From: Bacteroidota bacterium
GTDB lineage: Bacteria; Bacteroidota; Bacteroidia; UKL13-3
Reading direction: 5' to 3'
DNA: 64,000 nt
Assembly (NCBI GenBank): GCA_947446605.1
Contig: CANFHJ010000001.1
Span: 2,071-66,070 of the forward strand
The notes beneath the pieces were generated by a model. It made no database searches. It saw only the letters and a list, made by a program, of their open reading frames with translations, and was not told where the DNA came from. Positions 21,806-29,822 of this stretch are shown here, one piece after another. The translations under genes and the position numbers were made by a program. Positions within the stretch are counted from its first letter, which is position 1. The number at the start of each line of letters is the position of its first letter.

Positions 21806-21835
21806 TTGTATTATTAGTTCGAATTAATAATTTTG
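21806..21835 (+). promoter_or_regulatory. candidate Bacteroidota sigma-A promoter for gldK (-33 TTG 21806-21808; -7 TAATTTTG 21828-21835)
   Basis: The element TAnnTTTG lies 19 nt downstream of a TTG and about 32 nt upstream of the gldK ATG. Confidence 0.35.
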
Positions 21836-21866
21836 CCACATTACAGTCATTAATAGTTTACATACG

Positions 21867-23159
21867 ATGAAGCAATTAAAATGGTTTTTCTTCTTCTCTT
21901 TAGCCCTAACCTTAACAGGTTGTGGTTTGAGCAGCGACAAAGGAGAATTAACGGGAATTCAAGGTAGAAGTGCCTGGTTTCACCCTCAGCCTTATGGTAC
22001 AGTGTATATTCCATCTGGAACAATACACGTAGGTGCCAATGAGCAAGACATCCCTAATGCAATGATTGCGCCTAATAAGCAAATCACCATTACGGCTTTC
22101 TATATGGATGAAACCGAAATCACCAATAATGAATACCGCCAGTTCGTAGATGAGGTGATGGATTCAATCTTCCGTGAAAAATTGGGAGATAAATATTGGA
22201 TTCCATTGATTGATCCTATCACTGAGGAAGAAACAGGAGAACATGCCATCAATTATAAGATGCGTATGGAACCAGAAGATATGAAAAACGGTGAAATCAA
22301 TGACATGTATTACCAAGGTAATGAAATTTACTACCGCACCAAGCAAATTGATGTACGTAAATTGAAATACAAATACGATTATATTGATTTACGTGCTGCT
22401 GCTCAATTACATAAGCAAGATGCCTATAAGAGAAACCGTGGCGATTTCAAACGTGAGGAGACTGTAGAAATCTATCCTGATACATTGGTGTTTATGCGTG
22501 ATTTTACTTACGCTTACAACGAACCTATTTCTACCATGTACTACTGGCATCCAAAATATGACGACTATCCAGTAGTTGGTGTAAATTGGAAACAAGCCCG
22601 TGCATTCGCGCATTGGAGAACTTTTCACTTAAATGCATTTTATGTTGAAAACGGTGAAAATGGCGTAACAGCCTTCCGTTTACCAACAGAATATGAGTGG
22701 GAATATGCAGCTCGTTCAGGAAGAGATCAAACCATGTACCCTTGGGGTGGACCTTATGTAAGAAATGCTAAAGGTTGTTCATTGGCCAACTTCAAACCTG
22801 GTCGTGGCGATTATGGTGCAGATGGTGGTGTTTACCCAATCCGCGTAGCTTCTTACTTCCCTAACGATTTTGGTTTATATGACATGAGTGGAAACGTGGC
22901 TGAGTGGACTGTAACAGCATACGCAGAATCTGGTCACTTGTTTACACACGATTTGAACTCAGATTACCAATACGACGCTAAAGAAGAAGATGCAGAAACT
23001 TTGAAACGTAAAGTTATCAGAGGTGGATCGTGGAAAGATATTGCACATTATATTCAAAATGGTAGCCGTTCATATGAATACCAAGATAGTGCAAATTCTT
23101 ACACAGGTTTCCGCTTAGTTCAAAGCTATGTAGGTCGTTCAAATAGAGATAAAAAGTAA
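21867..23159 (+). CDS. gldK: gliding motility / T9SS lipoprotein GldK (PorK), FGE-sulfatase-like fold
   Basis: 430 aa with lipobox LTGC and a SUMF1/FGE-like domain, in the conserved gldKLMN operon context. Confidence 0.9.
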   Translation: MKQLKWFFFFSLALTLTGCGLSSDKGELTGIQGRSAWFHPQPYGTVYIPSGTIHVGANEQDIPNAMIAPNKQITITAFYMDETEITNNEYRQFVDEVMDSIFREKLGDKYWIPLIDPITEEETGEHAINYKMRMEPEDMKNGEINDMYYQGNEIYYRTKQIDVRKLKYKYDYIDLRAAAQLHKQDAYKRNRGDFKREETVEIYPDTLVFMRDFTYAYNEPISTMYYWHPKYDDYPVVGVNWKQARAFAHWRTFHLNAFYVENGENGVTAFRLPTEYEWEYAARSGRDQTMYPWGGPYVRNAKGCSLANFKPGRGDYGADGGVYPIRVASYFPNDFGLYDMSGNVAEWTVTAYAESGHLFTHDLNSDYQYDAKEEDAETLKRKVIRGGSWKDIAHYIQNGSRSYEYQDSANSYTGFRLVQSYVGRSNRDKK

Positions 23160-23208
23160 TTACTAAAAATATTAATCAATCAAACAACTAAATTAAATTA
23201 TTAATCAA

Positions 23209-24003
23209 ATGAAAAACAGTTTTTTAGAAAGTAAAGGCTTCAAGTCTTTCATGGCCAAAGCTTATGGTATTGGTGCCGCAGTCGTAATCGTTGGAGCTCT
23301 TTTTAAAATCCTCCATTGGAAGGGTGCAGATATTATGCTTATGGTTGGTTTGTTAACAGAAGCAGCTATTTTCTTTGTTTCCGCATTTGAACCACCTCAC
23401 CAAGAACCAGATTGGACATTGGTATATCCTGAATTAGCTGGTATGGAACCTAAAGATAAAAAATCTGCAAACAAAGGAACCATTACCCAACAATTGGATA
23501 AAATGATGGAAGAAGCTAAAATTGGTCCAGATTTGATTAGCAGTTTAGGTAATGGCATGCGTACTTTGAGTGATAATGTATCAAGCATGAAAGATCTTTC
23601 TACTGCTGCTGTTGCAACAGATACTTATACTAAAAACGTACAAGCAGCTGCAGATTCATTAACCGGAATCAATACTTCATACACCAAAGCTGTTACAGCA
23701 ATGGAAGGTTTAGTAAATGCATCTGAAGGTTCACGTGAATATGGTGCTCAAATTGAAAAAATGACCAAAAACTTGGCTTCATTGAATTCAATTTATGAAT
23801 TAGAAATTGCTGAATCTAATAACCACTTAAAAGGTATCAACGAGTTTGTTGGTGGCTTATCGAAAGTTGTTAGTACATTAAATGATACCAACGCCAATGC
23901 AGAACACTTCAAAGGTGAAATGGACAAATTAAACAAAAATCTATCTTCATTGAATAGCGTATATGGTAACATGTTAGCTGCAATGAATGTTCGTGGTAAT
24001 TAA
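23209..24003 (+). CDS. gldL: gliding motility / T9SS protein GldL (PorL)
   Basis: 264 aa with two N-terminal TM helices (AYGIGAAVVIVGALFKILHWKG...). Confidence 0.85.
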   Translation: MKNSFLESKGFKSFMAKAYGIGAAVVIVGALFKILHWKGADIMLMVGLLTEAAIFFVSAFEPPHQEPDWTLVYPELAGMEPKDKKSANKGTITQQLDKMMEEAKIGPDLISSLGNGMRTLSDNVSSMKDLSTAAVATDTYTKNVQAAADSLTGINTSYTKAVTAMEGLVNASEGSREYGAQIEKMTKNLASLNSIYELEIAESNNHLKGINEFVGGLSKVVSTLNDTNANAEHFKGEMDKLNKNLSSLNSVYGNMLAAMNVRGN

Positions 24004-24035
24004 TTCTTAGTTTAGAAAATACAATATTATAACAA

Positions 24036-25568
24036 ATGGCTGGAGGTAAAGTATCTGTAAGGCAGAAGATGATCAACATGATGTATTTGGTGTTAACAGC
24101 ATTGTTAGCGCTAAACGTATCTGCTGAAATCTTGAAGTCCTTCCACATGGTAGAAGTAAGTATGGATCGTGCTGGTGAAAATATTGACAAGAAAAATGTT
24201 AATACACTCGCTGCCATAGCTAGGTATCACACCGATATCCCTGCCGACCCTACAGGCACACTTGCATACAATAAATCATTAGATGCTAAAAAGATCGCCG
24301 ATGATGGTGTGAAATATTTTGCAGATCTAAAGGAACTGTTGATTGCAACTGCTGGTGGTCGTAAAGAAGGTAACCCTGAAGAAGAGGTTGCACAACCTAG
24401 TAACATTGAATTACACGCTAATTTAATGATTAACCAAGGAAAAGGTAAAGAAGTAAAAGAAAAAATCAATGCAATTAGAAATGCTTTATTAGGTTTAATG
24501 CCTAAAGAAAAGCAAGAATTAATTAAAAGTGATTTGCGTACAGAAGATCCTAAAGATTCTAAAGAAACTTGGGAGGCAGAAATGTTTGAACATACGCCTC
24601 TTGCTGCGGTAGTTGCTTTGTTGTCAAAAACCCAAAACGACATCAAAAACACTGAATCACAAGTGTTGGATTATTTCAGAGGTTCATTAACTGAAAATGT
24701 AATGATCATTGACCAGTTAACACCTCAAATTATCCCTGTAAATGGAACTAATATTACCATTGGTAACAAATACCAAGCTGAAATCTTCTTAGCTGCATCT
24801 AGTTCTAGGTCTGAAGCTAGTATCTCAGTAAACGGTAATCCTTTGAAGAGCGAAAGTGGTGTTGGTAAATATGAAGTGACTGCAAGTAGAGAAGGTGAAA
24901 ACAAATTCAAAGCAGTTATTACTACAACCAACTCAAGTGGAAAAAAAGAAACCTATGAAAAAGAAGGTTCTTTCTTTGCCTTGGCTCCTTTAGCTGTAAT
25001 TTCTGCAACCAAAATGAACGTAGTTTATATTGGTTTAGAAAACCCAATATCAGTTTCAGTACCAGGTTTCTCTGCTAACAAAGTAGATGTAACTTGTTCT
25101 GGAGGTAATTTAAGAAAAGTTGGTAGTGGTGGTGAATACTTATTAACTGTTGATGGTTCGATCCGTGAAGTTAAAATTTCAGCTTCGGTTGAAGGAAAAA
25201 CGATGGGATTTGCCACATACCGTGTACGTCAAGTACCTAAGCCTACTCCAATGTTAGGACCAATTGAGCAATCAGGTTCTGTTTCAATGGGACAATTAAA
25301 AGCAGTAAATTTCGTATTAACTGCATTGAAAGATTTCGCTTTTGAAGGTGTTAAATTCACTCCAATTAGCTGGAATTTGGTGTATGCACCTAAAAATGGT
25401 GGTGCTAGAGTTGAACAAGGTAGTGGTGAGCAATTAACAGGTGGTGCTAAATCAATTTTGATGAATGCTCGTCCTGGTGATCGTATCATCTTGATGAATA
25501 TAAAAGCTAAAGGTCCTGCTGGTCCTGTGCCTATCCCTTCATCTCTTGTATTAGAGGTTAGACAATAA
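24036..25568 (+). CDS. gldM: gliding motility / T9SS protein GldM (PorM)
   Basis: 510 aa with a single N-terminal TM (MINMMYLVLTALLALNVS) and a long periplasmic region. Confidence 0.9.
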   Translation: MAGGKVSVRQKMINMMYLVLTALLALNVSAEILKSFHMVEVSMDRAGENIDKKNVNTLAAIARYHTDIPADPTGTLAYNKSLDAKKIADDGVKYFADLKELLIATAGGRKEGNPEEEVAQPSNIELHANLMINQGKGKEVKEKINAIRNALLGLMPKEKQELIKSDLRTEDPKDSKETWEAEMFEHTPLAAVVALLSKTQNDIKNTESQVLDYFRGSLTENVMIIDQLTPQIIPVNGTNITIGNKYQAEIFLAASSSRSEASISVNGNPLKSESGVGKYEVTASREGENKFKAVITTTNSSGKKETYEKEGSFFALAPLAVISATKMNVVYIGLENPISVSVPGFSANKVDVTCSGGNLRKVGSGGEYLLTVDGSIREVKISASVEGKTMGFATYRVRQVPKPTPMLGPIEQSGSVSMGQLKAVNFVLTALKDFAFEGVKFTPISWNLVYAPKNGGARVEQGSGEQLTGGAKSILMNARPGDRIILMNIKAKGPAGPVPIPSSLVLEVRQ

Positions 25569-25584
25569 TTAGAATCTTAGGAAA

Positions 25585-26421
25585 ATGAAAAAATCAATTG
25601 GTATCATTGTTCTTCTGTTGCTATCGTATAGCAATTTTGCCCAAGGTGTATATGATGATTTTATATACAACCGCCAGGCAGTTACAGAACGCAAAGTTAT
25701 TGCTTGGCCTTATTTACGTGAGGCAGATGTAATGTACGCCAAAAGGGTAGTACGTATCGTTGATACACGTGAGAAGGTTAACCAATCTATGGCTTGGCCT
25801 AAAAACCCATTGAGCATTATTCTTTATAATGCTGTTAGAGATGGTAAATTAGTGCCTTATGAAAACGACTCATTGACGTCACAAATGTCTATTGAGAAAT
25901 TTATGAGCCAAGGTACGGATACAGAATATGTAGATGTTCCAATTGATCCAAATGATCCTACTTTTACGCAAACAGATACCATCATCAATCCAATGATTCC
26001 TGAATTGCGTATTCAAAAATTCAGAATTGTTGAAGATTGGATTTTCGACAAAAAACATTCTCAAATGTATGTGCGTATCGTATCTATCTCACCTCGCTAC
26101 AATATGCGTTTAGGTGGTGTAGACTTAGGTGAGGCAGATTTGTGTGTATTTAAATATCATTCAAAAGATGGTCAAGACTTACGTCATTATTTGATCAACT
26201 TTGAAATATTCAATCGCCAAAATGATGCAGCGCGTTTAACCTACGACGATTGGTTTGAGCAAAGGTTGTTCAACAGTTACGTGGTTAAAGAAGCTAATCA
26301 ACAAGATATGTATATCAAAGATTATGCAGAATTTAAAGACAATGGCGTTGCCGCTATCTTAGAAGGAGAGCGTATCAAAAACGAGTTGTTTGAGAAAGAA
26401 CATGACCTTTGGGAATACTAA
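25585..26421 (+). CDS. gldN: gliding motility / T9SS protein GldN (PorN)
   Basis: 278 aa with a signal peptide, positioned last in the gldKLMN operon. Confidence 0.8.
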   Translation: MKKSIGIIVLLLLSYSNFAQGVYDDFIYNRQAVTERKVIAWPYLREADVMYAKRVVRIVDTREKVNQSMAWPKNPLSIILYNAVRDGKLVPYENDSLTSQMSIEKFMSQGTDTEYVDVPIDPNDPTFTQTDTIINPMIPELRIQKFRIVEDWIFDKKHSQMYVRIVSISPRYNMRLGGVDLGEADLCVFKYHSKDGQDLRHYLINFEIFNRQNDAARLTYDDWFEQRLFNSYVVKEANQQDMYIKDYAEFKDNGVAAILEGERIKNELFEKEHDLWEY

Positions 26422-26434
26422 ACACTCATTTAAC

Positions 26435-26472
26435 AAAAAAGCCCCTTATACCTTGTATAAGGGGCTTTTTTT
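26435..26472. terminator. intrinsic terminator after gldN (10-bp stem GCCCCTTATA/TATAAGGGGC, T7 tail, A-run upstream; bidirectional)
   Basis: A perfect hairpin at 26441-26465 flanked by A6 upstream and T7 downstream. Confidence 0.8.
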
Positions 26473-26608
26473 ATGCCTTTAACTTTGCCTTTGTTTTCCA
26501 TTTTACCAGTAATAAATAGGCTAAGGCAATTAGTAATATTTTAAATTGCTGATAATGAGTAAATACAAGGCCTCCGCGCATTTTTTTATATTAATAGCTA
26601 CTATTTAT

Positions 26609-26638
26609 TTGCAATTATAAGCTTCCTTCTTATCTTTG
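26609..26638 (+). promoter_or_regulatory. candidate promoter for tRNA-Val (-33 TTG 26609-26611; -7 TATCTTTG 26631-26638)
   Basis: TAnnTTTG lies 19 nt after a TTG and about 34 nt upstream of the tRNA 5' end. Confidence 0.35.
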
Positions 26639-26671
26639 CACTCCCCTTGAGAGCGGAAACGCAATCAAAAT

Positions 26672-26746
26672 GGAGGCATAGCTCAGCTGGTTCAGAGCAT
26701 CTGCCTTACAAGCAGAGGGTCCTTGGTTCGAATCCATGTGCCTCCA
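26672..26746 (+). tRNA. tRNA-Val (anticodon UAC)
   Basis: The cloverleaf was parsed by hand. The acceptor stem is GGAGGCA/TGCCTCC and the D-arm is GCTC..GAGC. The anticodon stem is TCTGC/GCAGA with loop CTTACAA, giving anticodon TAC. The T-arm is CTTGG-TTCGAAT-CCATG and contains one T.T mismatch. The discriminator is A and CCA is encoded (26747-26749). Confidence 0.75.
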
Positions 26747-26751
26747 CCAAA

Positions 26752-26778
26752 GCCACCGATAACTCGGTGGCTTTTTTT
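26752..26778 (+). terminator. intrinsic terminator immediately after tRNA-Val (GCCACCG-ATAACT-CGGTGGC + T7)
   Basis: 7-bp GC-rich stem followed by a T7 run. Confidence 0.75.
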
Positions 26779-26796
26779 ATGCCCAAAATTTATCAA

Positions 26797-26865
26797 ATAG
26801 TTCAGCTGATTCAGACATCCCGCCGCAAGGCGGGAGGGTCCTTGGTTCGAATCCATGTGCCTCCA
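26797..26865 (+). pseudogene. degenerate tRNA-like copy (5' acceptor strand deleted, D-stem and anticodon arm mutated), followed by a second copy of the terminator (26871-26897)
   Basis: TAGTTCAGCTGATTCAG...GGTTCGAATCCATGTGCCTCCACCA aligns with tRNA-Val from position 8 onward but lacks GGAGGCA and cannot fold as a cloverleaf. Confidence 0.6.
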
Positions 26866-27099
26866 CCAAAGCCACCGATAACTCGGTGGCTTTTTTTATG
26901 CCCAAAATTTATCAAATAGCTCAGTAGGTTCATACATCTTGGTTTGAATCAATGAGCCTCCACACAAGCCACCGATAACTCAGTGGCTTTTTTTATGTCC
27001 AAAATTTATTTATTAGATCTAGAGGCCTAGCTTTTGGTGGATTATCTCCAAACCGTAATTATATGTGATTGAAGTAATTTTTAGAATATAAATTTATAT

Positions 27100-27408
27100 T
27101 CAAAACAAAGGTTTAAGTATTATATAGAATAAATAAGAAAATGCTATAATATTCATCAATAATAGGACCAACTTGGGAGGCTGGTAAGAAACCAAATTTA
27201 AAAATTTATTGGTTTTTCGATTTTTAATATCTTCAGGATTGCTATACAATTCAAAAATATATGCAATGATTGCAATTGTAAAAAAGATTATGCTTAGGAT
27301 TGATAATTTGCCAACATTATTAGGAGAATAAAATCGTCCAATTAAAAGTCCTGCAATCAAAGAAACATACTTAACGTTTCTAAGAATAAAATTTATTTGA
27401 ATTTTCAT
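27100..27408 (-). CDS. small 3-TM membrane protein, unknown function
   Basis: 102 aa and hydrophobic. Confidence 0.3.
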   Translation of the reverse strand: MKIQINFILRNVKYVSLIAGLLIGRFYSPNNVGKLSILSIIFFTIAIIAYIFELYSNPEDIKNRKTNKFLNLVSYQPPKLVLLLMNIIAFSYLFYIILKPLF

Positions 27409-27505
27409 ATTTTATTTTGTCTGTTAACAATTCTACATTTTTTTTTATACAAAAAAAAGCCACCCCTTTGCAGAGATGGCTTTACCTTTAGGGAGGAATT
27501 TATAC

Positions 27506-28207
27506 TTATCTAAAATGAGGGCATCTGTATCTTTTGGCGTGGGTAAACAAACCTAATTTTAAATTGTTAGGGATAATACTCAAGCCTATGGTATGGTTCC
27601 ATAATTTGTCGTTGAAATTAATACTTCTTCCATCGCCAGCATCGGCAGAGGTGAATGCAAAATAGGATTGTGCAGTTATATACATTCCTTTTGCTAATCT
27701 AAAGTTTAGGCCTAAACCTAATGGAAGGGTAAGTTCATTCTGCAAACCACTGGTTAAGCTATCTTTCATATGAATATTGCGGTATCCAATACCAGCAATA
27801 ATAAAAGGATTGATAATTGGATCATCATATAATCCCAAAAACTTCCATTGAAAATGTACATCAACAGAATTCATTCTCTTAAAGAAATAAAAATTGTTGT
27901 CTGGGGTATGGAATCCCCATTCTCCATGCAAATAAGAAAGTGAAACATTTAGTTTAGGGCTGATGTAGCGGGTTAAGCTTGCACCGGCAACCCCAGGTTC
28001 ATTTTTTTGTTTTAATTTACCATCTAAATCGTAGAAACTAGTTGGCTTTAAATCAAATTTAAAGAAACCATTGCCCATATCTCCACTGTACTCACTAATA
28101 CCTACCATGCCAGTAATGGCCCAAGGATTATGACGTGTTTGGGATTGAACAAAATTTGTACCTGCTAGTAATAAACAAGTAATTGCTAAAGTTAATAATT
28201 TTTTCAT
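27506..28207 (-). CDS. outer-membrane beta-barrel protein (OmpA-like barrel / porin-family, tentative)
   Basis: 233 aa with a signal peptide, alternating amphipathic strands and a C-terminal F. A minus-strand terminator hairpin lies at about 27455-27490. Confidence 0.45.
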   Translation of the reverse strand: MKKLLTLAITCLLLAGTNFVQSQTRHNPWAITGMVGISEYSGDMGNGFFKFDLKPTSFYDLDGKLKQKNEPGVAGASLTRYISPKLNVSLSYLHGEWGFHTPDNNFYFFKRMNSVDVHFQWKFLGLYDDPIINPFIIAGIGYRNIHMKDSLTSGLQNELTLPLGLGLNFRLAKGMYITAQSYFAFTSADAGDGRSINFNDKLWNHTIGLSIIPNNLKLGLFTHAKRYRCPHFR

Positions 28208-28396
28208 TTTGAGTAAAGGTTAGGTTGTGGTCAAATGAATCTCCATTCATTAATGACCGAAACAAAACTATACAAAAAAAAGAAAAAATACTACAAATTG
28301 TGGAAAATATATAAAAATAGACACTAAAAAAGAGTTTCATTTTTAATGTAACTCATTATAATACTGTGTTTTAAGTAATTTTATTTTTTTTTAATA

Positions 28397-28693
28397 TTAT
28401 TCCATCACTTTGTACATGCCATAAATTACCATTATAGCGCCTAAAGTTGTTGGTCCGTATAAAATGAAATCGTATAAAAGGTGACTTGGATCTGCAATAA
28501 TGCTTAAGATGCAGCCAATTATTAAAATAATAGCGCCAAAGCCAATTAGTGTAAAGCCCCTTTGGGTGCGTAATTTCCGACTATCAACCTGCTCCAGTTC
28601 CAACTCGCTTGTTGCTTCTAAAAGTGTAGTGTTTGTATTTTCCATGTCGTGTGTTTTATACCTACAATTTATTAAGTAAGCGTTAATTGTCAA
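28397..28693 (-). CDS. small 2-TM membrane protein, unknown function
   Basis: 98 aa. The likely real start is the internal MENTNTT. Confidence 0.3.
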   Translation of the reverse strand: MTINAYLINCRYKTHDMENTNTTLLEATSELELEQVDSRKLRTQRGFTLIGFGAIILIIGCILSIIADPSHLLYDFILYGPTTLGAIMVIYGMYKVME

Positions 28694-28905
28694 GTTGTTT
28701 TATTGAAATTTTCTTAGATTCTTTTAAATTATTTGTGGATTACGCTATCTAATGAATGTTAGGGTAGTAGGGCTAGGCGTTTTCATTTGAATGAATAATT
28801 GGATTGCTTAAAATATTATTTAGGCCTTTTAATATTTGGCTGCTTGCGCTAGCTAAAATGTATCTTTGTTTTTTATAATTTATAAATACAAATAATTTTA
28901 AGACT

Positions 28906-29805
28906 ATGATATTTATTTCTTTAGGTCTAATTGTACTTGCTGTTGCATTTTTTATGCCGGCAAACGAAATCACAAAAAAAGTGGGTGCAGGAATTCGTGT
29001 TTTTGGAATTGTGTTATTGGTATTGGGTGTTTCCACTTCTTGTTTCAAACAAATTGATGCTGGATTTGTAGGCGTGAAAGTATTATTTGGACAAGTTCAA
29101 AATGATGTATTGCCAAGTGGTTTGCATTTTATAAACCCTCTAGTAGATGTAAAAGAAATGGATGTAAAAACTCAAAATTATACCATGAGTGGTATTCATG
29201 ATGAAGGAGATAAAGAGGGTGATGATGCTATTCGTATTCTTACGGCTGATGGTTTGGAAGTTGCCATTGATTTAACCGTGCTTTTTAAAGTTGTTCCAGC
29301 AGATGCCCCTAAAATATTAAATGAAACGGGATTGGATTATAATATAAAAATTGTTCGTCCTATAACGCGTACAGCTATTCGCGATAATGCTGTGTATTAT
29401 GAAGCGGTGGCACTGTATTCTTCTAAGCGCGATGAATTTCAAAATAGAATCTTTAAAACAATTGAAAAGAGTTTTAAAGAACGTGGAATTATTTTGGAGC
29501 AAATGTTGGTTCGTAATATAACCTTACCTGTTTCTGTAAAAGCTAGTATTGAATCTAAAATCAATGCAGAGCAAGATGCACAAAAAATGCAGTTTGTATT
29601 GCAGAAAGAAAAACAAGAAGCAGAACGTAAAAGGGTAGAAGCACAAGGTATTGCCGATTACCAACGTATTATTAGTAGTGGACTTACAGATAAACAATTG
29701 CAATACGAAACCATTAAGGCAAATTTAGAATTGGCGAAGTCTCCTAATAGCAAAGTCATTGTAATGGGCAGAGGAAATTCACCGCTTATACTCGATGCAA
29801 AATAG
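28906..29805 (+). CDS. SPFH / band-7 (prohibitin/stomatin-like) domain protein
   Basis: 299 aa with an N-terminal TM, an SPFH domain and a C-terminal coiled-coil (EAERKRVEAQGIADYQRI). Confidence 0.75.
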   Translation: MIFISLGLIVLAVAFFMPANEITKKVGAGIRVFGIVLLVLGVSTSCFKQIDAGFVGVKVLFGQVQNDVLPSGLHFINPLVDVKEMDVKTQNYTMSGIHDEGDKEGDDAIRILTADGLEVAIDLTVLFKVVPADAPKILNETGLDYNIKIVRPITRTAIRDNAVYYEAVALYSSKRDEFQNRIFKTIEKSFKERGIILEQMLVRNITLPVSVKASIESKINAEQDAQKMQFVLQKEKQEAERKRVEAQGIADYQRIISSGLTDKQLQYETIKANLELAKSPNSKVIVMGRGNSPLILDAK

Positions 29806-29814
29806 GTTCGAACC
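29805..29814. repeat. GGTTCGAACC palindrome, copy 5 (overlaps the stop codon of the SPFH gene; intergenic)
   Basis: Exact 10-mer. Confidence 0.9.
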
Positions 29815-29822
29815 GAAACTGT

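Larger units (their letters stand above)
26750..27016 (+). repeat. tandem array (3 units of about 119, 119 and 98 bp) of [tRNA 3' portion + terminator hairpin + ATGCCCAAAATTTATCAAATAG spacer]; the third unit (tRNA-like 26917-26965, hairpin 26968-26994) has an internal deletion of the anticodon arm
   Basis: Direct sequence comparison of 26672-26778, 26779-26897 and 26898-27016. Confidence 0.7.

Noticed and set aside
873-25489. Numerous 60-145-aa antisense or alternative-frame ORFs inside phoH, the NtrC-like gene, lepA, gldK, gldL, gldM and others
   Set aside because: Examples are 873-1136, 3054-3491, 3289-3567, 6212-6445, 22164-22628, 23397-23588, 24227-24652 and 25229-25489. Each is fully embedded in a strongly supported gene on the opposite strand or another frame and lacks family features.
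26647-26919. Track ORF of 90 aa spanning the tRNA-Val and the first repeat unit
   Set aside because: The region is a tRNA gene plus terminator hairpins. The ORF is an artefact of the repeated, low-stop sequence.
26672-27016. Possible CRISPR-like repeat-spacer array
   Set aside because: The repeated unit is about 119 bp and consists of a tRNA body plus a terminator hairpin. There are no short unique spacers and no cas genes. It is a tandem duplication.
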